From Lytechinus pictus (lineage: Eukaryota), in NCBI RefSeq assembly GCF_037042905.1, contig NC_087250.1:19780001-19844000 (forward strand): a stretch of 64,000 nt of DNA, given 5' to 3'. The number at the start of each line of letters is the position of its first letter. Position 1 is the stretch's first letter. This document shows, one piece after another, positions 52,893 to 64,000 of the stretch. A program made the position numbers and the translations under genes. The notes beneath the pieces were generated by a model that saw nothing but the letters and a program-made list of their open reading frames with translations, was not told where the DNA came from and made no database searches.

Positions 52893-53076
52893 CTGGAGGC
52901 TTTTTCATAGAGCTGTTCCTAAGTTAAGAGCGACTTTAAGAACCACTGGTGACCCTTTCTTACGAGTTGAACCTTCGCCAATGAACATTTTGGTGTATAC
53001 CATTCATCATAAGAAAGGATCACCAGTCCTTTAAGTCGCTCTTAACTTATGAACAGCTTTATGAAACACCCAACTG
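52893..53076. mobile_element. MITE (ttcataaagctgttcgtaagttaag family); second copy at ~57920-58084
   Basis: Long inverted arms; two homologous copies in ATG101 introns. Confidence 0.7.
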
Positions 53077-53089
53077 GTACCTTTTTGGT

Positions 53090-54255
53090 TACCACTACTA
53101 ATACTAAAACCACTACCAATACTACTACAACTATCACAGACTACTACTACTACTACTACTACTATTACTAGGGACAGTGATTTTCCGTTTCAAAAAATTG
53201 CCTTTTCCGTTTCAGAAAATCTCAAATTCCGTTTCAGCATGTCAGAAAACGGAAATTCCGTTTCCCCATAGACTTTGTACACACGGAAAAGTGAAAATTC
53301 CGTTTACACATTTAATAGCAAAATCACAACACGCAAATCGCACTGGTCAAAATTTGTATCTGCTACTGTACCAACAACACAATAAAATCCGTTCTAATCG
53401 GATCTATGCGGGTGCATAAAATATTTCTACACACCCATTTTGCATGCATACATCCTCACCTTTCATATTATTAGCATTATTTCACGGTGAAATGATATTT
53501 CATCGATAATTTTGGGGGTTTTTGGACATCGTTATCATCAGTCAACGGCTATTGCCAATCCGCCATCTTGGATTTTAAGACCACGATATCGTGCTGTTAC
53601 ATCTTCAAACGTAGAGGGCAGCAACACACGACCGTGTAAGGAGTTGAACGATATGTGTGCATGTGAAGCCCAACCCGGCCGGCCGGGTACGGGTACGGTG
53701 CGGGGTACAATCGAGTGTGCTGATGTCAAGTGCAGTCACGATGTGTGAATTGTCATGATAGTAGCGAAGTGAGATCGTGTTTTCTGGGTTTTTTGGGCCA
53801 TTTAATATTCTCATTTTGTTGTGATTTTGGAGTAATTTCTGTTGCTATTCTGTGTATTTTGAGGGAAAATACGTTTTCCGTGATTTTCCGTTTGAAATGC
53901 CACTTTCCATTTCAAAAGGCCCTTTCCGTGAATTCCGTCCGTTTTCCGCGATCGCGGAAAATCACTGTCCCTATACTACTACTACTACTACTACCACCAC
54001 CACCACTACTGCTCATACTAATACTAAAACCACTACCAATACTACTACAACTATCACAGACTACTATTACTACTACTACTACTACTAATACTACTACTAC
54101 TACCACCACCACTACTGCTCACACTAATACTAAAACCACTACCAATATTTACTTCTACAACTATCACAGACTACTACTATTACTACTACTGCTTCTATTA
54201 CTACTACTTCTACTACCACTACTACTCCTACTACTACTAGCACAACCACCACTCT
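53090..54255. repeat. (CTA)n/(CCA)n microsatellite split by a MITE at 53169-53973
   Basis: Microsatellite on both sides; TIR tagggacagtgattttccg / cggaaaatcactgtcccta. Confidence 0.85.
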
Positions 54256-54563
54256 GATAGTAGCAATGATTAGTTATATTGACCGGTCTCGGTTTTGTGA
54301 TGACGATGGTTTATCAAATTATCAAATAACAAGGATCCATATCAATATCTTACAAACAAAATATAATACACATCGTGTTTGCTCTGCAATATTACTCAAA
54401 TATGTTACCTCTGAAACAGGTCAAATGCCTTCAGCTGTGCCTCAGGTAAACTGAGCTGTTCCTAAAGCATCTTGTGCATTAGTTCTTACCAATGCCCTCA
54501 ATGATGTACATTATATTATAATAGTGCACAGAGAGGATATCTGATCAGTACATATATACATAC

Positions 54564-54730
54564 CTTGAAGAGATATGGTTGTACATCAGAAAAGGACGTA
54601 TTGAAGACTGTATCTAGCAGTGGTTGATTTGGAGCCTTCGGTAAATAATCATGTCTGTTCATAGCTTCTACTACGCATATCACCTTCTCACCAAGTAACT
54701 CGCCAAGCTTCTCACGGTAGGCTTGCCTCT
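54564..54730 (-). CDS. ATG101: ATG101 coding exon ([32 protein letters not shown]...DVQPYLFK)
   Basis: cag/gtatgt boundaries, 167 nt phase 1-0; matches the MNRHEYLPK..DVQPYLYK motif. Confidence 0.95.
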
Positions 54731-54744
54731 CTGTGATCGTAATG

Positions 54745-55090
54745 ATAATATATTATCTGGTTATAAATAATGCGCTTAAGACATACATTGTACGAATCTG
54801 AGCACTAACAGATTATTATGGTCATCGGATGCAGTCAGTCATTATCGCGCACCACTTACATCATCATCCACTCTCATGGGAGTATTCCAGCCTGTCGCAA
54901 GTGAGGCGCACACAAAACTGGATGAACTACAATGACTTCAACATTCTACTAGGAACTCATTTAGCACCTGAATAGAGAGTGGAAAATTGCGGATTAATAA
55001 CTTGCCAAAGGACGCTAGGCCATGGTGGGATTAGAAAACATGACCCTCTGATTATGAGGCGAGTCAGAACCACTGCACCATGGCTCTTCC
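54745..55090 (-). mobile_element. Degenerate copy of the tRNA-derived SINE
   Basis: Reverse complement of the 7290-7430 head (ccaaaggacgctaggccatggtggga...gagtcagaacc). Confidence 0.75.
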
Positions 55091-57380
55091 CTCCCTCTCA
55101 ATCATGCTACAGCCTACAGGGCAATAGGAAGCCTTGAAGAGATGCGGTTCTACATCTGAAAATGGCATATGATTGATCAACACCTTTGCTGATAACTATA
55201 TAGTATTTGGAAAAAGTCGGATTTTTCCTTTAAGATTTACTTACAAGAGTTAGACGAAGAGGGTGTAATATGTTTGTCTTATCACAACATTGAAATGTAC
55301 ATCCCAGAACAAATAGTTCCATTTTGGTAAAGTTATTATATTGAATATGGACTGTTATTAGAAATGAAAATTATATGTAATTATGTAAATTTGCTTGGGA
55401 TAAAGTGTACTTCTTTTTTTAATGAAATTATATTACGAAATGGTGTTATAATTTAGTAAAGAGGAAGGATCTTGTGAAAGTGATTATGATACGCGGGAAG
55501 AAAACCCGCTTGGTCAGTAGAGATCGATTGTTTTGAGGTCATTGGTCAAGGTACTCAGTGAGGAGAGCAATCAGTCAGAGAGTCCTGTAGGATCCAGATA
55601 ATTTATATCACAATCCTGTCGAGGTATGTTGATTGATATGTGCTATTTTATAAGAGAAGAATATCTATGTCTTGGAATATATATCTCTAAATCATTAACT
55701 ATTATTAGAGCATTGAATCATATTTTTCTGTTAGGTCAAGGATACCTACTACGTGGCATGTTACGTAACAATCAATGTGTGTGTATATATGTATCGGGTA
55801 CCTACCGACTCAAGATGGTAGCACTCTTTCCTTTTTGTCTTGGAATTGCCAAATTGGAGGAATATGTTTATGTAGATGTTTTTCTTTAACGCTCGATGAA
55901 TTATTTACCTGGTGTATATAAATAGACGATAAGTAGAATTTATCAATGTGAATAATTCGTAAACCGGGAGATTTGGTAAATAGTAGCCTCAAGGTCAGGT
56001 AAGGTCAAATCGTTTCGTACTGATGGTTTCGATTAATTATCGATTTAACTTTAATCGATTAATACTTTCGCCAGTTCGGTTATATATTTTAGATTTTAGA
56101 ACGATACGTGATCAATTTATATTATACAATCACATATATTAAGGATTGTTGTATCGTTTATTTATTTAGGAGTTCGAATGGTACTATGTTCATTTGTTGA
56201 TGGAACTAGCTGGATTGCGATGAAAGATTTCTGGGTTTTCTACGAAGGTACGAAAAGTTATAAATTTTCCTTCAAATGTAATGACTGTGTGTTCAAAGTG
56301 ATACCTTATAATATTTGGATAAAAATGATTGGTGAATTGCATTTTTCCTTCGAGCATTGAAGGCATTATTGATCATTTCCTTCTTTGGATCAAGGTGTTA
56401 GAATTAATAATTCTATTTTTGGTCAATATGATTTTTAGGACATTTACAGTTAACCGATTGTAATTTTCCTGTAAGATTTATAAGAAATCTAAGAGGTATA
56501 ATGATATAGTTGAGTAGCTACTCATGCAAATGTATGTTATTATTCATTTTAGATTGCAGTGTTGGGTACCGGAATCTGACATTAGAAAACGATTGTTTTG
56601 GTCCTTGGTATGGTCTTTAGCCTGTATCTGCCCTAGTCGGGTGAGTCAAGATGGCCGTACTTAAAATATTGATACGTGCAGTATTTTTACAAAAATTAAC
56701 GTTGTTTTGTGATCGATTACGGAAGTTTGAATTCGTGCGAGATATATAAAAGAGTGATATATTCGGAAAAATGTTTCCAATGGTTGCTATATAAATTGTG
56801 AATTCATATATTTTACATTGGAAGAAAATGATTGCAAAGGAGATCAATTTAAGCTTTAGAACCATAATAATCTATGATACTTGTGACTATTTAATTGTCG
56901 ATAGCTGAGTTAATAACTTGTTATAAACATTGTTACTTTTCGGTTATTATCGAGCGCAGACTTTAACTATTTAATTGATTGCAAATCAGTAAAAATTACA
57001 CATATTGCAGTAACCTGCTCAGTGATCGAAAAGTGTACTCGTAATATTAAGAATATATACTCCGTCTTGACATGTAAATGCTTTATTTCATGCTGTAATG
57101 ATATTTTGAACATTATACTCATGTTCTTTATTGTTTCTCTCTTTTCTGCTTGCAGAGGTTTTTTTTTCCTTTTTGTTATTTTCTGAACAACTGTTGTGCT
57201 CAAGTGGGAAATTAAATTCCGCTCACAGCCTACAACTCTCGTCGTATCGTGTCTTTTGTGTTCTGGAGTGTCCTGACAACTTCCCCCAAAAATCCAGAAT
57301 ACTACAACTATAACAGTCAAATTCTGTTCTCCATAATTGCGCTACCTACACAACTGGTTGGATGTTAGTACTTCACTCAC

Positions 57381-57495
57381 CGTGCTCATTAGTGAGTGTA
57401 ACAACGTTGATGATTAGCGTCCATACTTCCCACGGTATGCTCTCATCTGGAAACGGCCAACGATTCTTCTTCTTCTCGTAAAACTCCAAGGAAAT
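57381..57495 (-). CDS. ATG101: ATG101 coding exon with the WF finger ([27 protein letters not shown]...)
   Basis: ttttttccag/gtgagt boundaries, 115 nt phase 0-1. Confidence 0.95.
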
Positions 57496-59138
57496 CTGGA
57501 AAAAATTGAAAGAAAAAGTATCTTAAATTGACAAGAAATAACAGGCAAATAATGTTATGTTGATTTCTTTTGTTGCTGCTATTCTCTGTAAGGGAGCATC
57601 TTGCTCGACAAGCGTAAGCTTTTTGAGGTGGTACCCGTTTTGTAACCTTTGTACATTCTATATTGTAACATCTGTAAAATGTATGAATGAATTTAAGACA
57701 AAACATTTATACAGTAAGATATGGTAAAAAAGGAAAGCATTGGTCGGAATGAGAAGCATACTCAAGACAAAGAAGATTATTGAATAAAAGACTACAAAGA
57801 GGGAGTCTCATCATGGCATTACGTCAAACCCCCGTTTGGAGAAAGACCGCAGTTCAGATTGCAAACTGCGGTTCTATACCCCATTTTGCGTTTGTAAATC
57901 CCAAAATCATTTCCAAGCCCAGGGGGCCGTTTCATAAAGCTGTTCGTAAGTTAAGGCGACTTTAAGAACGACTGGTGATCCTTTCTCGCGCGCTAAATCA
58001 TCGCCAATGGTGTGTACCATTTACCGCAAGACAGGATCACCAGTCGCTCTTTATTTACGAACAGCTTTATGAAACACCCGCCTGATCAACCCCGCTAGGC
58101 CAGGTAATCCCTGCTGTCTCAATTTTACCTCCACAGGCCAGATTATGAGCGTTGAGCCAAGGACGAAATGATAAACAACAGCTGTGCTATTACGTAAGAC
58201 TTCTCTGCCTGTAGTAGGACCTTCGGAATGAAATTATTGTATTCGATATTTAATCACGTTTTCAAAGGCATATTGTATTCAGAAATCCAATGTTAGTCCA
58301 TTTTCAATTTTGAACGAAGAAAATCGACCTCGAAATAAGGAAAGTAAGTGAGTTAAAATGACGGCATGCTTTGCAGGGACCGCGCTCGGGCTGTTGTGTT
58401 ATCTTCGGACCAAGTCAAGAAACAGGTGTTTTGATACTTAAATTGCTTGCTTCGGGCAGTTATGGTTTGTCGTACTTGGAGAAGAGAATTGATTGAGGGA
58501 AACGGGGTATAGTGTTCTCAAATGGAGGTTTTCGTCATGGCACAAGAGTCACTAGCCAATGTGGGAAAATACAAACCGATGTAAATGATGATGACACAAA
58601 TCTACTAATACAAAATAATTAAACAATTCTTGGTTAAAAAAAAAACCTTTGATTGTAGTGATTTACCCAAAACAGTTAGCCACGCATATATTATTTGTAG
58701 CAATATACCTCGCTTGTTGTGATTTGTCAAAATGCCAGTTGTGGAGGCAATTTCAAAATGAGTGTGTACAAAAGTCAATAAAATGACCACTGAAGTGTCT
58801 GTTTGCATAAAAAATAAAATAAATAATAAATAAAATATATGTGCCAAAAGTTTCTAGAAGAAATTGTGTAATTGCTGAGATATTTACAAGAGAAGCATGG
58901 GATGCACACAAAATGTCAGCCTGAGGTCTTTTTCAAAGCAATAATAATACATGGTCCCACATGTGTTTACCTGTAATGGTGATCTACAGTGCAATCGTTT
59001 TCAGCTTTAATTTCATGATTTTACAAAATTCAGTTTATGTAGCTGTACCAGATTTAGATGCACAATAATAAAAATGACAATCTTGACTACACAGCCTTTC
59101 TCATGAAATCACTGTTTGCTGAAACACTTTCATTCAAC

Positions 59139-59908
59139 TTAACCCTAAAAAGACTGGGGGGGGGGCTGATTCAGCCCCCCCCTCAACATTTTTCGCGATA
59201 AATCTGTAACGCGAAAAGCTGGCGCCGCGCCGTTCCATGACTTTTTTCTTTCAAGTCTTGCGCAACTTTTGAGACCAAATTTGCGACGCCCGGGTACGTG
59301 GTTCCGAAATTACGCAACATTTTGTAAGTGCATGTCGACCTGAAATTGCTAAAAAACGTGAATTTGTGTACAAATCCAATGCAAATTGTGTTTTTAGCCA
59401 AAATTCATAAATGTATCATTATTTTCAATTTTACTAATCAAACTCAATTAATTTCATCTTGTTTATGGTCAAAATAAAGTAGCGGACAATTTCCATTGAA
59501 AAAACAATAAAAAACAAAAAGTCGAAAAACAAAGAAATACATAAGAAATTTGAAAAACAATAAAATACATAAGAAAAGAATTGTGATATTGAATTTTTTT
59601 TAAAATACATTTGATCAGAATCGTTCAAAGAGTCTGTGAATAAAAAAATAGCAGTTTAGAGGCCTTATTTAGTTAATTAGAGCAAATCTTGGATTTTACG
59701 CATAAATTAGCATAATTAATGAATTATGAGATTTTTCGGAAAATTTGATCCTACAGTCTTGGAGATTATGCCATGGGTAATGCACGTGCCAATGTTCGTT
59801 GCGATCGCGCAGTCGACGGCCGAGATCATAGGGGGGGGGGGCTGAATCAGCCCCCCCCCCCCCCCAGTCTTCTTAGGCATCGAAATAGCCCAGTCTATTT
59901 AGGGTTAA
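59139..59908. mobile_element. piggyBac-type MITE
   Basis: TTAA TSD; TIR ccctaaaaagactggg / cccagtctatttaggg plus subterminal gctgattcagcccc repeats. Confidence 0.8.
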
Positions 59909-59938
59909 ACCTTGTTCTTTCCTGAAAAAATTACTTAC

Positions 59939-60037
59939 CTGTCCACTGTGAAGCCCATCATTTGATTTTAAGATGTCCCTGAAACCAGAGACCTCTTTCT
60001 TCAAGAAAGCATCCAACTCTGCGGAGTCGCATCGGAT
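59939..60037 (-). CDS. ATG101: ATG101 coding exon (IRCDSAELDAFLKKEVSGFRDILKSNDGLHSGQ)
   Basis: ttcag/gtaagt boundaries, 99 nt phase 0-0. Confidence 0.93.
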
Positions 60038-60874
60038 CTGAATGAAGCAATTTGTTTTGAGATTTAAATCATTAAATTATCAATGTAGGGGCTGTCACTC
60101 AACAACAATTTCGCCATATATTCCACCGTATGAATGCTACATGTCATTCAGGGATTTTTTTTCTCCATTTTTGGGTCTACTTTCACAACCAAGTGCCTTA
60201 ATCTGCAACATTGCAGTGAATGGGGGAATTTGGGGGAATCTTTTTCCAAGACTCTAGCATTTATTGAGCGAAATCGCCTCGAGCCCCCAAGTAATTTTTT
60301 TCCCATGATGTCGTCTCACCATTTTATCCTAATCTTTGATATAAATGCTTTTGCGCCGTTATTGATTTTCGACAAATAAAAGGCACATAAAAGGGACTTG
60401 CATTTGATTTTTTTAGTTGTGTTTAGATGCAACTGTGCTCCATAAGGGCAGAAGGAGCAAAACAGAAATAACTTTCTTTTCCAAGCTCAGCATTTTCAAG
60501 AAACTAGCTAGAAGATGGAAGCATATGTTGCTGGGTATTTCAGATTTCTGATAATCTTTCCCAACATTAATTGAGAACAAAGTCTGCCTGCATTTCCTTT
60601 AAGATTTTCTTCTAATAAATCCTTGATTTTATACCCTTTCATTAAACAAGATTTCTTGATTTTTTTTATATCATTCTTAAACACCTTGACCTTAAATACA
60701 TTATTCAGATTACCCTTTATAGAAATAACTGCTTTATTTACACTTACATTTTATATGCCAATGCAATACATATTTTTAATAGTAAAACACAACCAGAAAC
60801 CAGAAAAGCAAGGACAAGAACGCAAACATAAAGAGAAGAGATAAAAAAAGACAATGAGAAAGAGAAAGACTTAC

Positions 60875-60958
60875 ATAGCTGAAGTCAGTATAGTCACAGT
60901 CTAGTTCCACCATTCCTATCGTGCCAATAGAGTACGTCCCTTCCTGCTTGTACTGAAA
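60875..60958 (-). CDS. ATG101: ATG101 coding exon (FQYKQEGTYSIGTIGMVELDCDYTDFSY)
   Basis: ttcag/gtaagt boundaries, 84 nt; EGTYSIGT signature. Confidence 0.95.
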
Positions 60959-61633
60959 CTGAATGTAAATAAAAGGCACAACATAACAACAACAAAAGAT
61001 CATCACTGCAGGCAGTGGTACCAGATTGTTCTGGCCAAACAAAGACTTGGTAGGGTGGGCTTTTGTGTTTACAATGGCCAGACCCCAAAGTTCAGAGCGT
61101 CCCTATGCCACTGACTGCAACAACATAAGATAGTGAATAAGGAAAAAAAATAACTCTTGGCTGTCCAAGTATCTCTCATAAAAGCACCACTTTCACATGG
61201 GTGCCATGAGTCATTTAACTCTTAACAATGAATGAACCTGACCGTGGTATTGTTTGTGAGGGTTGATTGATTTCCTCCTCTCCTTTTTTTTAAATAAGAA
61301 ACTTCCTGGGTCTCCTGGAGGATGTATTCATTTTTGTTTACTTGTAAAGAAGGTACAATATCTCTTCAACTAAGTGGTTTCGAAAGAGAAATCAAAACTA
61401 CAAAAACTATGGGACAAAGGGGCCTCAATACGGAAATACTTGGATGTGCAAAAATGCAGATGAAACACATCTACAGGTGTGTATCGATGCAAACAAAGCA
61501 AATGAAGAGTTAAGAATGAAACAAATAATGTCCAATTTTGGATCCACGTTCCCAACTCATTAAAACACCCTGGCACATACATGCACCTAATTTTACACAT
61601 GCTACTAGCACTGCACCCAACAATTCTAGCTAC

Positions 61634-62035
61634 TTAAAGATAAATTCCAGTTGTGGGAACGATCTCAAAATGACTTTTTACAGAATTTAATATAATGATC
61701 ACCAAAGTGTCTGTTTGTATGAATAAAAAATATGTGCCAAAGGATTCTGGAAGAAATTGTGTAATTGCTGAGAAAGAAGCAAAATAAGCGCGGATTCGGT
61801 CACTTCCGTCGGGTCTTTATTCCAGCAATAATAATACACTGTCCCACGTGTGCCTATCTGTGTTGGCGATCTTCAGTGTGGTAGTTTTTTAGCTAGATAT
61901 TATAATTTCACAAAGTTCAGTTTATGTAACTGTACCAGATCTAGATCCACGATGATATATCAATACTTTACCTTGGTTTTACAGACTTTCTCACGAAATC
62001 AGTGTTTTACTGCAACTACGTTCATTTAGCTTTAA
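61634..62035. mobile_element. TTAA-flanked (Kolobok-like) non-autonomous element; decayed relative at ~58730-59135
   Basis: TTAA ends, imperfect TIR; internal homology to 58780-59130. Confidence 0.6.
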
Positions 62036-62213
62036 ACAAATTTACCACCCTAAGAAAATACTTAATTAAAAAAACCTTTGCTATTACGCTCCTGTCTCAA
62101 ACATGTAGTTATTTCAAGATTCAATGCAACCGGACAAATTTCTAACTACTATTCCTACTACTCCTTCTCCCGAGTAATGATTGAAGGAAAAAAAATATTA
62201 TTACCCAATTTAC

Positions 62214-62291
62214 CTTTCCAGTTGTTCGATGAAAGAGAAGTGTGTGAAAGAGACTGAGAACAACCTCTTCAATCTGCCTCCCTTCGACAGT
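62214..62291 (-). CDS. ATG101: ATG101 coding exon (TVEGRQIEEVVLSLFHTLLFHRTTGK); the start-codon exon was not found in the window
   Basis: ttacag/gtaaat boundaries, 78 nt; matches VEGRQVEE...HTVLLHRSTGK. Confidence 0.95.
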
Positions 62292-64000
62292 CTGTAAGAA
62301 AGATGATACCAATATACACATGTCAGTCAGAGGAAATTGTTAAAGTACAAAGCTTTCATAGGGCAATGGTTAATCTGCTTTGATCCTCAAATTGGCAATG
62401 AACATTATTTTCTATTCATGAGCATACTCTGAACAAAAATAGACTTGGATGCAACAATCCGAGTCAGAATAAATTATAAAAGTAACAACACATTGGCAAA
62501 TAGCAATCATTTCAAAAAGTGAGTTTGTTTGTTTCGTTTTTTTCTTTCTTTTTACATTTGAATTTTTATTATAATTACATTGATACATGAGGGGCCTACA
62601 AAAATCAAGCATTTTTATATAGGCCTAGTTAAGCCCACATCATCGCAATGTGAAAACATTGTGCTGCGTCTCGTGCTTCAACAGATAAAGAATGCTCACT
62701 TGTAAAAAATGACATTACATGAAACTTCTTGTAATACATTCCAATATCTAGAGCCCCTTTTTTATATTTGCTGTGAATTACATCTTTCTACAGAACATGG
62801 TTTATCTGCTTTACAGTACATGTACATGTAGGACTCATGACCTCTAATTTTTTAAATACATTTACAATGCCTTTGCCAATTTTGTATATTCAATGTGAAT
62901 TAACTACTGTATCTTTCTACAAAAGAATGTTAATACTTTACCAATTCAAATGTTTGTGATCGAGCATTCATGGTTGATTGGATCTGTATAGTTCCTTCTT
63001 AAGCTGATGGAATTACTGATCTATAATGACCTGAAAAAAAACCAATGAATAAACATATTGTTTATATCATAACCTTGTTCCTTAAATGAGTGTCTACTAG
63101 TATTGCAATGGCAGTTTAAATCTTATTCTTTGAATGATAAGAATATCATATTATTAAATATGGTCAGTCACTAGATTTATGATAGGCATAAATTATGAAA
63201 AAAAAATCATATTTTGAAAATTTGACCAAACATGAGAATCCTGTTTCATCGCACCACTATTGGGTGTTGCAAGAAAATATTTAAAATCAATTACAAATTT
63301 GAGATGCAAATTTCAAGTGATGGATTATTTTTAACTATATACCTAAATCAAATCATTATACTAATAGCGAATAGGCATGAGTGCGAGATTTTGCATGAGG
63401 TGAAAGAAAGATGCTCTATTCAACGAGGCGTTAGCCGAGTTGAATAGAGCGTTTCTTTCTTCCACCGAATGCGAAATCACGCACTCTTGCACGAATAAGA
63501 ATATTCGCTATTTGTGTTGTACAACGCCTCGGAATTTAGCAAAAATATGAAAAAAAACAAGAGTTTATCCCTGTAGTAATCTTTGAAAAGGGAGCAAAAA
63601 TACTGTAAGCGAAAAGCAAAATCCCACAAGCGCACATGACCTTGGGCAGCATTGCGCATTTAGCCAGCAGGCTTATACGCGTATTGCACCTTCATTTTTA
63701 CTGAGCGCAATGAATTAAATCGTATTGTGACGTCACCTCCTAAAGCCGTACAACGGTACATTTTTTATGGTACGTCTTGTGTGCAACGGTACGAATGTTT
63801 GACATTCAGCCTCCCATTTGCTCGCGTACAACAAGCTTAGTAGGCGTTGTACAATGTATACTAGTCGGTGCAAGAAGCAGACCATCATCAGTCAATTGCA
63901 ATTTTGGGACCTAAATTTGACTTGCGATCAAATGCAAGATTCTTCAGTAGAGGTGCCGGTCCAAAAATTGGGATTGTCCCAGAAAACAAGGATATCATCA

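Noticed and set aside
53730..54257. Poly-Leu/poly-Thr ORFs
   Set aside because: Translation of a (CTA)n microsatellite and MITE
55264..57348. Solo LTR in an ATG101 intron
   Set aside because: TG...CA ends can be drawn, but no TSD, PBS/PPT or second copy is visible
62292..64000. ATG101 start-codon exon
   Set aside because: No MN..-type ~10-codon exon with a donor was found; probably beyond the window

Overview
AT-rich, repeat-dense, intron-containing eukaryotic DNA. The SINE/MITE repertoire looks echinoderm (sea-urchin-like), which is an inference. Two spliced host genes lie on the minus strand. One is a 4-TM MS4A/CD20-like gene (coding exons 5244-5089, 4139-4083, 3071-2355, 1094-1020; 334 aa). 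The other is ATG101 (six coding exons 62291..52765; the first ~10 codons were not found in the window). Between them, ~18.3-50.8 kb is a mosaic of short decayed coding fragments from many mobile-element classes: Polinton pPolB, Gypsy RT/RNase H/Gag, CACTA, Harbinger transposase and Myb, and hAT BED. Several fragments are amplified into tandem arrays (~585, 478, 217 and 147 bp), and part of the region is a ~5.7-kb tandem duplication. Every recognisable coding fragment is on the + strand, i.e. antisense to ATG101 read-through, suggesting a uni-strand piRNA-cluster-like locus. The mosaic also holds exons resembling the two halves of a GTF2I (TFII-I) repeat and a pair of unknown ~70-aa ORFs with a purifying-selection signature. 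A tRNA-Ile(AAT) is split at its anticodon by a hAT-type MITE. Protein family calls come from motif recognition by eye, not database searches.
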